The notes beneath the pieces are model-generated. The model did not search any database. It saw nothing but the letters and a program-made list of their open reading frames with translations, and had not been told where the DNA came from. The position numbers and the translations under genes were made by a program. Positions 1-11,165 of a DNA stretch of 64,000 nucleotides are shown in pieces. The stretch is from positions 640,001 to 704,000 of the forward strand of contig JAXHMY010000003.1 of assembly GCA_034520965.1 (NCBI GenBank), in the 5' to 3' direction. Numbering within the stretch: position 1 is the first letter of the stretch; each line of letters begins with the position of its first letter. Origin of the DNA: Spirochaetia bacterium. Lineage in GTDB: Bacteria > Spirochaetota > Spirochaetia > DSM-16054 > Sediminispirochaetaceae.

Positions 1-2
1 CT

Positions 3-587
3 TTTCTCCATCTCCAAACCATGGTATCAAATAACGATGCACTAAATAGGTTCTTGCAAGACAGCATGACGCGTATTAAGGCAATGTCACTGGTCCATGA
101 AAAATTGTTTCGTAACAGTACCATTGAGAACATCGACCTCTCCGAATACATTCACGATTTAGTGCATGAAATTATACAAGCCTATAGCTCCTCTTCTACC
201 GAAGTTGAGTGTGTAATTTCCTGCGAGAAGCTGACGCTCTCAATCAACTTCATGATCCCCCTGGGCTTGGTGGTAAATGAGATAGTTTCCAACTCAATAA
301 AACACGCCTTCGAAGCTGTTGCTCAGCCCCGTATAAAGGTAAGGATTGAAAAAATAAACAGCACACATCTCGAGCTACACATCAATGATAACGGCATAGG
401 AATCCAGCCGGCAGCCCCACAATCACCTCAGCAAAAAAGCAGTATAGGTCTGCTCATTATTGATACGCTCATTGACCAACTGGAAGGTTCCAAACAGGTC
501 GTTACAGACCACGGAACTCACTACACAATAATTCTACCCACAGAAGAGGGCAGCAATGAGCAGCACAATACTTATAGTCGAAGATGA
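3..587 (+). CDS. Sensor histidine kinase, HisKA_2/HATPase (5' truncated by window edge)
   Basis: Frame is open from base 3 (FLHLQ..). Contains RIKAMSLVHEKL, N-box ELVSNSIKHAF-like (EIVSNSIKHAF), G1 DNGIG and G2 SIGL. Confidence 0.9.
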   Translation, partial: FLHLQTMVSNNDALNRFLQDSMTRIKAMSLVHEKLFRNSTIENIDLSEYIHDLVHEIIQAYSSSSTEVECVISCEKLTLSINFMIPLGLVVNEIVSNSIKHAFEAVAQPRIKVRIEKINSTHLELHINDNGIGIQPAAPQSPQQKSSIGLLIIDTLIDQLEGSKQVVTDHGTHYTIILPTEEGSNEQHNTYSRR

Positions 588-912
588 ATTACTTATCGCC
601 CTGACCTACAGAATGGATTTAGAGAAGCGGGGGTATACCGTTATTGGGGTCTGCTCAACCGGCCAAGAGGCTGTACAGTCCGTCGAGCAGCAGCAGCCGG
701 ATGTGGTCTTGATGGATATTCACCTAAAGGGACAAATGGACGGAATCGAGGCGGCGGAGCTCATCATGCAAAGCGAAACAGCTCCGGCTCTTATCTTCAT
801 AACCGGCAATTACGAAGCTCCCACGAAGGAGAGGGCCAACAGCTTGGAACCGTTGGGCTTCTTCGTTAAACCTGTTACAATGCAAGAGATCGACCACCTC
901 ATTCGAAGCTAA
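556..912 (+). CDS. Single-domain response regulator (receiver)
   Basis: ILIVEDE, phosphoacceptor LMDI, conserved T and KP; overlaps the kinase 3' end. Confidence 0.93.
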   Translation: MSSTILIVEDELLIALTYRMDLEKRGYTVIGVCSTGQEAVQSVEQQQPDVVLMDIHLKGQMDGIEAAELIMQSETAPALIFITGNYEAPTKERANSLEPLGFFVKPVTMQEIDHLIRS

Positions 913-1040
913 ACCTGCCGAAAATTTTATACGCCTGTGTATGCACCTGCAGGGACCTTTGTGTCCAAATACATTAGTTTTTTCATCAGATATTGCCTTT
1001 TTTTGTTTCTCCTCCTACACTTCTGGTAAGGAGTGCCGTT

Positions 1041-2585
1041 ATGACAGGGACAAAACCTTTTCCGGAGTTTATTCAAGAGTTCAGAGACCAGCTGGCCTAC
1101 CTCTTCCACGAGCGGAGCGATATAGATGCGTTGAGTGTTACACGCGGGCTGCCGCCGTTTATCCTGCGGGAGATTATGTCCGCAAATCCCCTGGCTACCT
1201 ACATTCCACGGAAGTATGGAGGTCGCGGAGGGAGCGTCAAAGAGGGGCTTGAGCTTGCCTCGGCTACCGCCTACGAGTCGCTGCCCCTCTCCCTGGCCTT
1301 CGGGATCAACTGGGCCCTATTCCTTCAGCCGGTGGCCAAATACGCACAGGAGGGTGTGAAGCAGGGTATTTTTAGCGACTTTTTAGAGAATCGGAAGATG
1401 GGCGGCCTGATGATAACCGAACCGGGCTACGGCAGCGATGCCCTGCACATGATAAGCTCGTATACCCAGGAGCAGTCCTCGTATCACATAAAGGGACTCA
1501 AACACTGGGCAGGACTTACCGGCTGGGCGGATTACTGGCTTCTGACTGCCAGGCGTAAAAATGAGGACGGCAGTTTAGGCCGGGCTATCGACTTTTTTAT
1601 AAGCGATGCTTCGGAGCCCGAGCAGAACATTGTGGTTGAAGAGTACTATAAAAATCTTGGAATCTATATGCTCCCCTATGGGCGAAACAGAATCGACATA
1701 AAAGTCCCGCACAGCCACAAACTCGAGCCGCAGAGTACCGGCCTGCGGATGATGCTCGACCTGCTGCACCGCAGCAGAATGGAGTTCCCCGGAATGGCCA
1801 CCGGTTTTCTGCAGCGCATGCTGGATGAAGCGGTGACCCACTGCAAAGAACGGCAGGTGGGAGGCAGAAGCTTGTTCAGTTACGACCAGGTCCAGCAGCG
1901 GCTCTCCCGGCTGCAGTCGGCCTATACTATCAGCTCGGCCATGTGCCTCAACAGTGCCGGAAAGGCGGGCATAGAAAACGACCTTTCCGGCATCGGGCTG
2001 GAGGCCAATTCGGTAAAAACCTATGTAACCGACCTGATGCAGAGCTCGGCCCAGTCACTTCTGCAGCTTGAGGGGGCCAAGGGCTATCGTCTCGACCATA
2101 TCGCGGGCCGGGCCCTTGTCGACAGCCGGCCCTTTCAGATTTTTGAGGGCTCCAACGATATTCTCTATATTCAAATTGCGGAGGCCGTCCAGAAACAGAT
2201 GCAGCGCAAAAAACAACACAACCTGCTGCAGTTCCTTAAAACCCTTGAGCTCACCCAGTCGGCTGCCGGCAGCCGGGCGGCGGAAAGCACCGATGCCGCC
2301 GGGATGCAGCTAAGCCGCCTGCATAAGCAGCTTGACTTTGAGCTGCAGCTGCCCCTGCCGCAGCGAAAACTCACCGAACTTGGCCAGATTGTCAGCCGCA
2401 TAGCTGCCATGAGCATGGTGCTCACCCTAGGCGAAACCGGATTCAACCAACACTTAATCGACAGCAGCCTCTTACACATTGCTCAGGAGGTCTCGGGCTT
2501 GCTCGGCAGTTACCACTCCGCGGCCACTACCGATTACATCGAGGGGTATGGCGAGAGCGGCTCCTGGTTTGAGGCAGCAAGATAA
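1041..2585 (+). CDS. Acyl-CoA dehydrogenase family protein
   Basis: ITEPGYGSD, IKGLKHW, ERQVGGRSL, GAKGY and QIFEGSND motifs. ATG at 1041 preferred over the upstream alternative start at 993. Confidence 0.88.
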   Translation: MTGTKPFPEFIQEFRDQLAYLFHERSDIDALSVTRGLPPFILREIMSANPLATYIPRKYGGRGGSVKEGLELASATAYESLPLSLAFGINWALFLQPVAKYAQEGVKQGIFSDFLENRKMGGLMITEPGYGSDALHMISSYTQEQSSYHIKGLKHWAGLTGWADYWLLTARRKNEDGSLGRAIDFFISDASEPEQNIVVEEYYKNLGIYMLPYGRNRIDIKVPHSHKLEPQSTGLRMMLDLLHRSRMEFPGMATGFLQRMLDEAVTHCKERQVGGRSLFSYDQVQQRLSRLQSAYTISSAMCLNSAGKAGIENDLSGIGLEANSVKTYVTDLMQSSAQSLLQLEGAKGYRLDHIAGRALVDSRPFQIFEGSNDILYIQIAEAVQKQMQRKKQHNLLQFLKTLELTQSAAGSRAAESTDAAGMQLSRLHKQLDFELQLPLPQRKLTELGQIVSRIAAMSMVLTLGETGFNQHLIDSSLLHIAQEVSGLLGSYHSAATTDYIEGYGESGSWFEAAR

Positions 2586-2586
2586 C

Positions 2587-2985
2587 TCAGACGCTTTCTT
2601 CTTTTCGGAGATACCCGGCTATGTAGGCCGCCAGAATCTCAATAAACTCAGCATCCTCTCCGAGGGCGGGCAACAGCTCTATCTCGATTTCCGGATACCG
2701 GGATTGATACGCAGCGATGCGCCGGGGAACATCACGGCCTACATGGGTTCCCACCGCAATAAACAGCGGCAGTACCGCAATTTTCTCTACCGAATCGGCC
2801 CGCGCCTCCTCAAACTTATCTTCGAGGGTGGGGCCGGTAAACTCCATATAGGCAAGGCTGAGGTTTCCGTGTTTTCCGTCTCTCCGCAGGCGCTGCAACA
2901 GCAACTCAAAGGGCTGCTTCCACGACTCCGCCTTGCTTCCGTGGGCAAGAAGTATCACCCGCCCCGCTCCTCTGGTTTTATGCAT
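2587..2985 (-). CDS. cbiX: Small CbiX/SirB-type sirohydrochlorin chelatase (likely ferrochelatase in this operon)
   Basis: LAHGS, AYMEF..P, PLFIAVGTHVGRD motifs; last gene of the heme operon. Confidence 0.85.
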   Translation of the reverse strand: MHKTRGAGRVILLAHGSKAESWKQPFELLLQRLRRDGKHGNLSLAYMEFTGPTLEDKFEEARADSVEKIAVLPLFIAVGTHVGRDVPRRIAAYQSRYPEIEIELLPALGEDAEFIEILAAYIAGYLRKEESV

Positions 2986-3001
2986 TCATTCTCCTGTAAA
3001 C

Positions 3002-4285
3002 CTATCCGCTCACTTTGAGGCTTTCATACTGTACTCTCAGGGTGGTATCGATATCCTCGTCGCTGTGCGCATCGGATACAAAAGTTGTCTCAAACTGGGA
3101 GGGAGCAATATACACGCCCCGTCTGACCATCTCCTTAAAGTAGGCGGCAAACTTCCGGGTGTCCGCCCGCTTCGCTTCCCCATGGCTGGTAACCGAACCT
3201 TCGGTGAAGAAAAGGCAAAGCATCGAGGCTACCCGGTTTACCGTGTAGGGCAAACCGAGTTTTCTTACGTTCTCCCTCATCCCCTCCTCCAGTCTCGCGG
3301 CTTTCCTCTCCAACCTTTCATAGACGCCCTCCTCTTTAAGAAGAGACAGGGTTTCATACCCAGCGGCCATGGCTACAGGATTTCCCGAAAGTGTTCCCGC
3401 CTGATACACATCCCCGGCTGGGGCAAGCTGTTCCATTATTTCCTTCCGTCCGCCGAAGGCTCCCACCGGAAAACCTCCCCCAATTATCTTACCCAGACAG
3501 GTAAGATCCGGACGTACCCCGTAATAGCCCTGGGCTCCGGTTAGGGAGACCCGGAAGCCGCTTATCACCTCGTCAAAAATAAGTATAATCCCCTCTTCCT
3601 CAGTAATCTCTCGCAGCTGGTCCAAAAACTGGGGTGCCGGAGGTATCACGCCGGCGTTTCCCATTACCGGCTCAAGCATGACCGCTGCAACCTCTCCCTT
3701 GTGGGCATTTACAAGCCTCTTTACCGATTCTATGTCGTTGAACACGGCGGTAAGCGTGTTTGCAGCCTCAGCCTCGGTCACCCCCGGGCTGCCGGGTATT
3801 CCCAGAGTCATAAGCCCGGAGCCGGCATTTATCAGAAAACTATCGCCATGGCCGTGGTAACAGCCTTCAAATTTGATAAGCTTATCCCGGCGAGTCACTC
3901 CCCGTGCGAGGCGGAGGGCACTCATAGTGGCCTCGGTTCCCGAGTTCACCATGCGAACCTGCTCTATTGAGGGCATTGCCTCTACAATGAGACGGGCAAA
4001 CTTCAATTCTATCTCCGTATTGGTACCGAAGCTGGTCCCCCGGGCCGCATACTCTTTTACCGCCTCTAAAACCTGCGGATGGGCATGGCCGAGTATGAGC
4101 GGGCCCCATGAGCCCACATAGTCGATATACCTGTTTCCATCTACATCGTAGATACTCGACCCTTCTCCGCGCTCCATAAAAATCGGATCCAGCTCTACCG
4201 ACGCCCCTGCCCGGGCAGGACTGTTCACCCCTCCCGGCACATAACGTTGCATCTCTTTAAACAGCTCTTCGCTTTTACGGTTCAT
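3002..4285 (-). CDS. hemL: Glutamate-1-semialdehyde 2,1-aminomutase
   Basis: [46 protein letters not shown]. Confidence 0.97.
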   Translation of the reverse strand: MNRKSEELFKEMQRYVPGGVNSPARAGASVELDPIFMERGEGSSIYDVDGNRYIDYVGSWGPLILGHAHPQVLEAVKEYAARGTSFGTNTEIELKFARLIVEAMPSIEQVRMVNSGTEATMSALRLARGVTRRDKLIKFEGCYHGHGDSFLINAGSGLMTLGIPGSPGVTEAEAANTLTAVFNDIESVKRLVNAHKGEVAAVMLEPVMGNAGVIPPAPQFLDQLREITEEEGIILIFDEVISGFRVSLTGAQGYYGVRPDLTCLGKIIGGGFPVGAFGGRKEIMEQLAPAGDVYQAGTLSGNPVAMAAGYETLSLLKEEGVYERLERKAARLEEGMRENVRKLGLPYTVNRVASMLCLFFTEGSVTSHGEAKRADTRKFAAYFKEMVRRGVYIAPSQFETTFVSDAHSDEDIDTTLRVQYESLKVSG

Positions 4286-5310
4286 ATATCCTCCGGCTTA
4301 TAGGTGGTTCGCACCTTTTTGTACTCCTTCGTACTGAAGAGTATCTTGTAGTCCTGCGCTGAAATCGCCTCGGCAATACGGACGGCGCTCTCGCTGCAGG
4401 ACTGCTTGTCCTTGGCATGAATCATCGCAAACAGCGGGAAACCCAGGCGTTCCGGAACATCACGAAGATAACAGTGGGAGACCTCCGGAAAAGCGGCGGC
4501 GATCCCCCCGGCTTCATCCTCACTCCCCTCTGCAATCTGAAAACAGGCCATGCCGTTGGCCGAATACCCGGCATTCCTGTGGTGGAGGGCCCCTGATATA
4601 CGGCGAATTATACCGCTCTGCTTAAGCCGGTGTACCCGCCGCACAACTTCTTCCCCCGAAATCCCCAGACGCCTACCTATCTCATCCCATGGACGCGGGA
4701 CAAGGGGAAAGGGCTCCTGAATTTCCTTGAGCAGCCCTTTGTCGCGCTCATCAAGTTCGACCGCGGGGCCTGTACCGGCAGATAGGTTCCCGGCGGCACT
4801 GTTTTCGGCAGCACTGTTCCTGGGCGAAACTCTCATAAGATCCGCAGCAGCCCCGTGGGATCCTCCCGTCGGCAGGTGCACCCTTAGTTTGTAGAGCCGC
4901 AGAGAGGGCAGCAGAACTATATCCTCATACACCATCCCCTCCAGCAGCTGCTCTACCTCTCTGCGCAGGGACTTCTTCCCGGGAATTGTGAGGGTGAACC
5001 AGATATTGTAGTCCCCGTCTCTGAGGTAGTTGTGACTGACCCCCGGATGGCGATTAATGCGGGCGGCCGTTAAATCGGCCTGGGCCCCTGTGGTTTTCAC
5101 GGCCACTAGGGTGCTGTGGTACCCGAGGCGCTGAGCACTGAGCAGGGCGCTTATCCTGCGGATATAGCCGTCATTTAAAAGTGCCCGCAGCCTTTTGAAA
5201 AGCTCTTCCTGGGATATACCGTAGTCTTGGGCCGCTGTAAAGAAGGGCTCAACCTCCTCGGGCAGATCGTTCTGAATAAAATCAAGCAGATACCGGTCTA
5301 TATCATCCAC
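4282..5310 (-). CDS. ahbAB: Siroheme decarboxylase, fused AhbA-AhbB (NirDL/GH-like, Lrp/AsnC fold x2)
   Basis: Two HTH+AsnC halves, one with [14 protein letters not shown] and one with VSHCYLR...LFAMIH, joined by a low-complexity linker. Confidence 0.9.
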   Translation of the reverse strand: MDDIDRYLLDFIQNDLPEEVEPFFTAAQDYGISQEELFKRLRALLNDGYIRRISALLSAQRLGYHSTLVAVKTTGAQADLTAARINRHPGVSHNYLRDGDYNIWFTLTIPGKKSLRREVEQLLEGMVYEDIVLLPSLRLYKLRVHLPTGGSHGAAADLMRVSPRNSAAENSAAGNLSAGTGPAVELDERDKGLLKEIQEPFPLVPRPWDEIGRRLGISGEEVVRRVHRLKQSGIIRRISGALHHRNAGYSANGMACFQIAEGSEDEAGGIAAAFPEVSHCYLRDVPERLGFPLFAMIHAKDKQSCSESAVRIAEAISAQDYKILFSTKEYKKVRTTYKPEDI

Positions 5311-6403
5311 TTTCTACCTCGTTTTCTCCCCCGTTTTCTTCCGGGATGTAAATACAGCGCGGCTCCTCAGCCATGTAGTCACCGCTTGCTGCATACGCGC
5401 GGGCCCTGCAGCCTCCGCATACCCGGCGATATTCGCAAACGCCGCATGTGCCCCCGTACTCATCTACCCGGCGGACCTCCTGAAACAGCGGCGCATCCCT
5501 CCATAGACCGGCAAAATCGAAGTTCCCAGCCCGGATATCCCCCGCCTCGATATCTAAAAAGCCGCAAATCTGCAGCTTGCCCGTATGCGAGAGGAACACA
5601 AAGCCCTTGCCCCCCAGACAGCCCTTTGTCATAGCTGCCATCCCGTGGCTTTGCATCGTCACCTTCCGCCCGGCTTCATGCTCCCGCTCTCTGAGCACCC
5701 GGTAGTAGTGGGGGGCACAGGTCGGTTTCATTTCGATACTTTTCTCAAGACTCTTCTCATAAAAACGGTGGAGCATCTCTTCATACGCATCGGCAGATAT
5801 CTCGTACTCAGCCAAATCCTCACCTCGTCCAGTGGGTACCAACAGAAAGGGGTGAAAAGCCACCGCACCTAACTCTTGTGCCAGGTCCATTATCTTATCG
5901 AGCTGATGAGAGTTAAACATACTGATGGTGGTGTTAATCTGATACTCCAAGCCAACTTCATGGGCCGCTTCAGCGGCGGAGAGGACCGCATCGAAGGACC
6001 CGGAAACTCCCCGGAAGGCATCGTGGGTCTGAGCATCGGCCCCGTCAAGACTCAAACTGATCCTCCGTATACCCGCCTCCTTCATTGCCCTTGCACTCTC
6101 TCTGTCTACCAGTGGTCCACAGGGGGCGGCGGCCATCCGCAGGCCCAGAGAAGTCCCGTATTCAACGATAGAGAGAAAATCCGGACGGGCCATCGGTTCT
6201 CCGCCCGTAAGAATGACGATAGGCGAGGCAAAGGAGGCCACAGCATCGAGGACCCTATAACACTCTTCTGTCGACAGTTCGTTTGCGTAGGCTCTGTCTG
6301 CAGCCTTTGCACGGCAGTGTTTGCAATTGAGAGAGCAGGTCCTGGTGATCTCCCAGGCCATAACCCGCAAAGTCGGCGCCTTCAAATCCTTTATCTTCTC
6401 CAT
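5303..6403 (-). CDS. ahbD: Radical SAM heme b synthase (coproheme decarboxylase)
   Basis: WEITRTCSLNCKHCRA, FLLVPTGRG, KPTCAPHYYR, GCLGG and a SPASM motif CGVCEYRRVCGGCRARA. Confidence 0.92.
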   Translation of the reverse strand: MEKIKDLKAPTLRVMAWEITRTCSLNCKHCRAKAADRAYANELSTEECYRVLDAVASFASPIVILTGGEPMARPDFLSIVEYGTSLGLRMAAAPCGPLVDRESARAMKEAGIRRISLSLDGADAQTHDAFRGVSGSFDAVLSAAEAAHEVGLEYQINTTISMFNSHQLDKIMDLAQELGAVAFHPFLLVPTGRGEDLAEYEISADAYEEMLHRFYEKSLEKSIEMKPTCAPHYYRVLREREHEAGRKVTMQSHGMAAMTKGCLGGKGFVFLSHTGKLQICGFLDIEAGDIRAGNFDFAGLWRDAPLFQEVRRVDEYGGTCGVCEYRRVCGGCRARAYAASGDYMAEEPRCIYIPEENGGENEVESG

Positions 6404-7386
6404 TAGCTGCCCTGCTTTCTCGACAGTCGGGAGGCGCTCTTGGCAAAATAGGTAATAATGAGGTCGGCGCCGGCCCGCTTTATGGAGGTTAGACTCTCCA
6501 TCATTACCTTCTCTCCGTCTATCCAGCCCTTGGCATCGGCGGCGCGAATCATAGAAAATTCTCCGCTCACCTGATACGCCGCGGTCGGCAGGCCGCAGGT
6601 TGTCCTTATCCGGTAGATAACGTCCAGATACGCCAGGGCCGGCTTTACCATCACGATATCCGCCCCCTCTCGTATATCCAGTTCGGCCTCCCGCATCGCC
6701 TCGTTGCCATTGGCTGGGTCCATCTGGTAGCTCTTACGGTCTCCGTATTGGGGAGCACACTCAGCGGCCTCTCGAAAGGGGCCGTAGAAGGAAGAGGCGA
6801 ACTTGGCCGAGTAGGCCATAATCGGAAGCCAGGAGAACCCCGCCTCATCGAGACCTTTTCGGATAGCCCCCACTCTTCCATCCATCATGTCCGAGGGGGC
6901 TACCATATCCGCCCCTGCCCGGGCATGGGTAATCGCCTGCTTGGTTAACAGTTCGAGGGTTTCGTCGTTCTGCACTGCCCCCGCTTTCACGATTCCGCAG
7001 TGGCCGTGACTGGTGTACTCGCACATACATACATCGGTTATTACCATCAATTCGGGCAGAGCCTGTTTGATCGCCCGCACTGCCTGCTGGATAATCCCTT
7101 CTTGTGAAAAGGATTCAGAGCCAAACTCATCCTTCACTTGGGGAATGCCGAAAAGCAGAACCGCAGGTATCCCCAGCTCGTACACATCCTTGGCCTCTTT
7201 TACCAGCTCGTCCACCGAAAAGTGGTAGTTTCCGGGCATAGAGGAGATCTCCTCCTTTATACCCTTTCCGTGGACTACAAAGAGGGGATAGATAAAATCC
7301 CCGGAGTCCAGCTGCGTCTCCCGCACCATCTCTCTGAGTCCTTCCGTACGCCGCAATCGTCGCATTCTTGTCTTAGGAAATTCCAC
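6403..7386 (-). CDS. hemB: Porphobilinogen synthase (Zn type)
   Basis: [44 protein letters not shown]. Confidence 0.97.
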   Translation of the reverse strand: MEFPKTRMRRLRRTEGLREMVRETQLDSGDFIYPLFVVHGKGIKEEISSMPGNYHFSVDELVKEAKDVYELGIPAVLLFGIPQVKDEFGSESFSQEGIIQQAVRAIKQALPELMVITDVCMCEYTSHGHCGIVKAGAVQNDETLELLTKQAITHARAGADMVAPSDMMDGRVGAIRKGLDEAGFSWLPIMAYSAKFASSFYGPFREAAECAPQYGDRKSYQMDPANGNEAMREAELDIREGADIVMVKPALAYLDVIYRIRTTCGLPTAAYQVSGEFSMIRAADAKGWIDGEKVMMESLTSIKRAGADLIITYFAKSASRLSRKQGS

Positions 7387-7409
7387 ACAGCCTCCTTGTT
7401 TTATAGCGT

Positions 7410-8606
7410 CTATTCTATTCCGATCTCATCATCTCGAAGATAACAGGCCGGATCGGCCGCCCAGGTATCACCGGTGGCGGCCTCGGCCCGCACTCTAAAG
7501 TTCCCGCCGCATACATCGAGAAAACAGCACTCGGCGCACCTGCCCTTCACATGCTTCTGCTTCTCTTTCAGCATATTCATCAAGGGGTCCGAGGTTCCGG
7601 TCCATACCTTGCTGAAGGGCCGCTTGCGGACATTGCCAAAGCTGTAGTGCCGCCAGAACTGGTCTGCATCAATTTCACCGTCCCAGCTCACACAGCCTAT
7701 TCCCCGACCCGAACTGTTTCCCCCGTTCATCTGCAGCAGTTCCAGCACCCGGGCCGCCCGCTCCGGATCCTCCTCCAGCAGCTTTAGATAGAGGTACACC
7801 CCGTCGGCGTGATTATCCACCGTCAAGACCTCCGTCGGTTTTCCGCGCTCGTGGAGGCGGCGGGTCCGCTCGATAATCAAATCGATTGTCTCCCGTGTCT
7901 CCTCGTGTGACAAGCCCTCTGTGACAAGATCGCTTCCCCGGCCGCTGTACACAAGGTGATAAAAACAGATCCGTGGAATGGACCTCTCCTCCAGGAGCTG
8001 GAAAATTGCAGGAATCTCGGCTCTGTTGCTCTTGGTCATGGTAAACCTAAGTCCCACCTTTATCCCGGCACTTCTACAGTGCTCCAGACCCTCCAATGCC
8101 CGTTCATACGCATCCGGACGCCCGCGAAACCGGTTATGGGTCTCTCCCACCCCGTCTATGCTTATCCCTACATAGGAGAGCCCGTACTCGGCGAGGCGTT
8201 CCGCTATCGGTCTGGTAAGAAGGGTCCCGTTGCTGGAGAGCACCGCCCGCATGCCCAGATCCCGGGCATATTTAATAAGCTCAAACAGATCCGGGCGCAT
8301 TAAGGGTTCTCCACCGGAGAAAAGCAGCACCGGGCTGCCGAACTCGGCAAGGTCTCGAATCATTGCCTTAGCCTCTTCCGTGTTCAACTCTTCCGTGTTC
8401 CGCTCTTCGGCTGTGCTGTCATCCGAGCGGGAGTAGCAGTGAAGGCAATTAAGGTTACAGCGCTGGGTTACATTCCATACCACAACCGGCCGCTTGTCCC
8501 GGGAGAACTGCAGCAGCCGGGAAGGCAGGGAGCTGGATTTTCTTCCGTAGCGCAGCACATCCGACGGTTCAACCCTTCCGCAGTAGAGTTTAGATATTCC
8601 TGTCAC
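7410..8606 (-). CDS. ahbC: Radical SAM Fe-coproporphyrin III synthase (NirJ1-like)
   Basis: [61 protein letters not shown]. Confidence 0.93.
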   Translation of the reverse strand: MTGISKLYCGRVEPSDVLRYGRKSSSLPSRLLQFSRDKRPVVVWNVTQRCNLNCLHCYSRSDDSTAEERNTEELNTEEAKAMIRDLAEFGSPVLLFSGGEPLMRPDLFELIKYARDLGMRAVLSSNGTLLTRPIAERLAEYGLSYVGISIDGVGETHNRFRGRPDAYERALEGLEHCRSAGIKVGLRFTMTKSNRAEIPAIFQLLEERSIPRICFYHLVYSGRGSDLVTEGLSHEETRETIDLIIERTRRLHERGKPTEVLTVDNHADGVYLYLKLLEEDPERAARVLELLQMNGGNSSGRGIGCVSWDGEIDADQFWRHYSFGNVRKRPFSKVWTGTSDPLMNMLKEKQKHVKGRCAECCFLDVCGGNFRVRAEAATGDTWAADPACYLRDDEIGIE

Positions 8607-8627
8607 AAAATTTCTCCTTGTTTAAGC

Positions 8628-8710
8628 GCTTCGTTTCAAAGCCTCGTTTCAAAGCCTCGTTTCAAAGCCTCGTTTCAAAGCCTCGTTCACCCGTTTTGTT
8701 CACCCGTTTT
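8628..8710. repeat. Two abutting 13-bp tandem repeats: (GCCTCGTTTCAAA)x~4.6 and (GTTCACCCGTTTT)x2
   Basis: Read directly: units at 8628 (1 mismatch), 8641, 8654, 8667 and a partial at 8680; second unit at 8685 and 8698. Confidence 0.95.
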
Positions 8711-10240
8711 CTGGGAAAAACTCCGGATACCTTCGATAAGACCGGGTATAGAGTGCTCCCTAGCCTCCGTCACCACAGGTATACCAAGCTCCTCAGCCGT
8801 CCGGGTGCTTACCGGACCTATGCTTGCCCCGCGTATTCGCGAGCAGTACGCACCTAGTCCATGCTCCTCTAAAAGAGCGACCAGGTTCTGTACCGTGGAA
8901 GAACTGGTAAGGCTTACTATATCCGGAAAGGGTTCAGAAGGCCCGCTCTATCTCTTCCCTGCTATACACGGGCTTGCTTACCGTATAGATAGGTACAATG
9001 CTGCAGCGGGCCCCCATGCGTGTAAGGGCATTTGGAACAATATCCCGGGCAATTTCTGATACAGGAAAAAGCACATACTCCCCCAAAAGCTCGCCCTTCC
9101 GTTCCTTGAAGGCCTGGGCCAAGCCTTCGGAAGTAAACAGCTCTGGAACGAGATCAGCGCGTATCCCGTAGGCGGAGGCGCCGAGGCCGTCCCCGTCCCT
9201 ATACAGGCCACCTTACTTTCGGCCAGAGCCCGGGTATCTAAGCCAAGGCTGAACAGCCTTGAAAAGAATATCGCCACCCCCTTGGGCGAGGTAAACACAA
9301 TCCAGCGATACCCCGATATCTGCCGCAAAGCAGCGTCTATGTCCGAGAAATTCTCCACCGGCGATATTTTTATACTTGGAAGTTCGATCACCTCTGCTCC
9401 CAGCGCCCTTAGGGGTACAGAAAGGCTCTTGGCATCATCCGAACTCCGAGTCACGAGAATACGGCTGCCGAAAAGGGGAAGCTCTTCGAACCAACGAATC
9501 TTCTCGCGCAGCTCTACTACCCGTCCTATCACGGCAATTGCAGGTGGAGATATACTTTCAGCCTGCGCCCGGGCGGCAAGGGTCTCTAAACTGGCGCTCA
9601 CCACCCTCTGCCCCGGTGTGGTTCCCCAGGAGATAATCGCTGCAGGAGTATCCGCCGCTCTGCCGTGCATCAGTAAGGCTTCCACAATGGAGGGAAGGTT
9701 TTTTACCCCCATATATACAACCAGGGTGTGATCGCTTTGGGCCAGGTTCTTCCAATTCTGTTCCTGCTCTTCCGATCCCTTAACTGCTCCATGCCCCGTT
9801 ACAAAGGTCACCCCGTTCGAAAGCCCCCGATGGGTGACAGGAATACCCGCATATGCAGCAGCGGCGCTTCCCGCCGTTACCCCCGGCACTACCTCAAAAG
9901 AAATACCCTCCTGGGCCAGATACAGCGCCTCTTCGCCACCCCGTCCAAAGATGAAGGGGTCTCCCCCCTTCAGACGCACCACCGTCTCTCCTCTGCGGGC
10001 ATGCTCTACCAGCAGGCGGTTAATCTCCTCCTGTCCAAGGGTGTGGCTGCCGGCCCGCTTGCCCACGTATATTTTCTCGCATTCAGGGCGGCACATATCA
10101 AGGAAATTGTTGTTTGCAAGGTAGTCATAAACTACGACCTCCGCCTGCTCCAGGCGCTCACCCCCCCGTACGGTAATAAGCCCCTCATCGCCGGGACCGG
10201 CACCTACCAGAGACACAAAGCCCTTCTCACTACTGTCCAT
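8687..10240 (-). CDS. cobA-hemD: Fused uroporphyrinogen-III C-methyltransferase / uroporphyrinogen-III synthase (two apparent frameshifts, ~9175 and ~8935)
   Basis: LVGAGPGD, VVRLKGGDPFIFGRGGEE, then HemD ILVTR..., FTS. Frame changes recover YGIRADLVP...TSSSTV...SIGP..T, ending at TGA 8689-8687. Confidence 0.88.
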
Positions 10241-11165
10241 TTTCGACTGCCTCCAATATCTCCCGTCCGCCTTGATTCAGTATAGCCTCGGCGCATAGGC
10301 GCCCCGCCTCTCTCTCCTCTCCTTGGCTTCGAACCACCCTATGTTCTATACTGCGTTTTCCCTCAAGGTCTGCTACAAAGCCGGTAATCCGGTACTCACC
10401 CGTGTCGGTAGTATCGGAGAGGCAGCCCACCGGAGTATGACAGCCCCCTTGAAGCACATGCAGAAACTCCCGCTCACCAACACTCTGTGCAAGGGTCCGA
10501 AGGTCGCCTACTGCTCCCGCAAGCTCCATCAGCTCCTCGTTATCGCAGCGCAGCTCCATGGCGATAATACCCTGGCATCCGGAGGGAACGAAATCCTTGA
10601 TCGGCAGATACTGGGTAATCCGCTCCTCCAAGTCTAAACGCAACAAGCCCGCCGCCGCAAGAATCAGTGCCTCGCACTCACCCAAATCGAGTTTTCGCAG
10701 TCGGGTTTCGACACTTCCCCGCATTGGAACAATGTGAAGATCCGGACGGTAGCGCCTCATTTGTGCCGCCCGGCGCAGACTCGAGGTACCAATCCTCGCC
10801 CGGCTCCAAGGCTTCGAGCCGTTTGCCGGAGCTGCTTATGCACACATCGCGCGGATCGGCGCGTGGAACTACCCGGCAATACACAGCCCGGGCGGCAGGG
10901 CTGAGGGCAGGTCCTTCAAGCTGTGTACCGCCATATCAATTTCTTTTTGCAAAAGCGCCTTTTCGATCTCCCGCACAAACACATTTGACCCGCCAATCCG
11001 GGCAATCGGAGAGGTTTGATTTTTATCGCCACCGGTACGTATGGTGACCAGCTCAATACCTAAATCGGGGTGGCCGCTGCGAAGCAGGGCTTCCGCCTCG
11101 GATGTTTGAGCAAGGGCAAGGGCACTGCCCCGCGTACCTATTCGAATCGAATTACGAGTTTTCAT
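10230..11165 (-). CDS. hemC: Hydroxymethylbilane synthase (two apparent frameshifts, ~10870 and ~10795)
   Basis: IGTRGSALALAQ, AVHSLKDLP, R.DPRD, GTSSLRR, LQGGCHTPVG spread over ORFs 10869-11165, 10678-10884 and 10230-10760. Confidence 0.92.

Noticed and set aside
4282..5310. Lrp/AsnC transcription regulator
   Set aside because: HNYLR/HCYLR motifs and operon context identify siroheme decarboxylase.
8628..8710. CRISPR array
   Set aside because: Units are 13 bp and contiguous with no spacers; no cas genes in the window.
8934..10870. Stop-codon recoding (Sec/Pyl) or programmed frameshifting in hemD and hemC
   Set aside because: Homology continues in a different frame rather than through the stop, and no consistent slippery site was seen.
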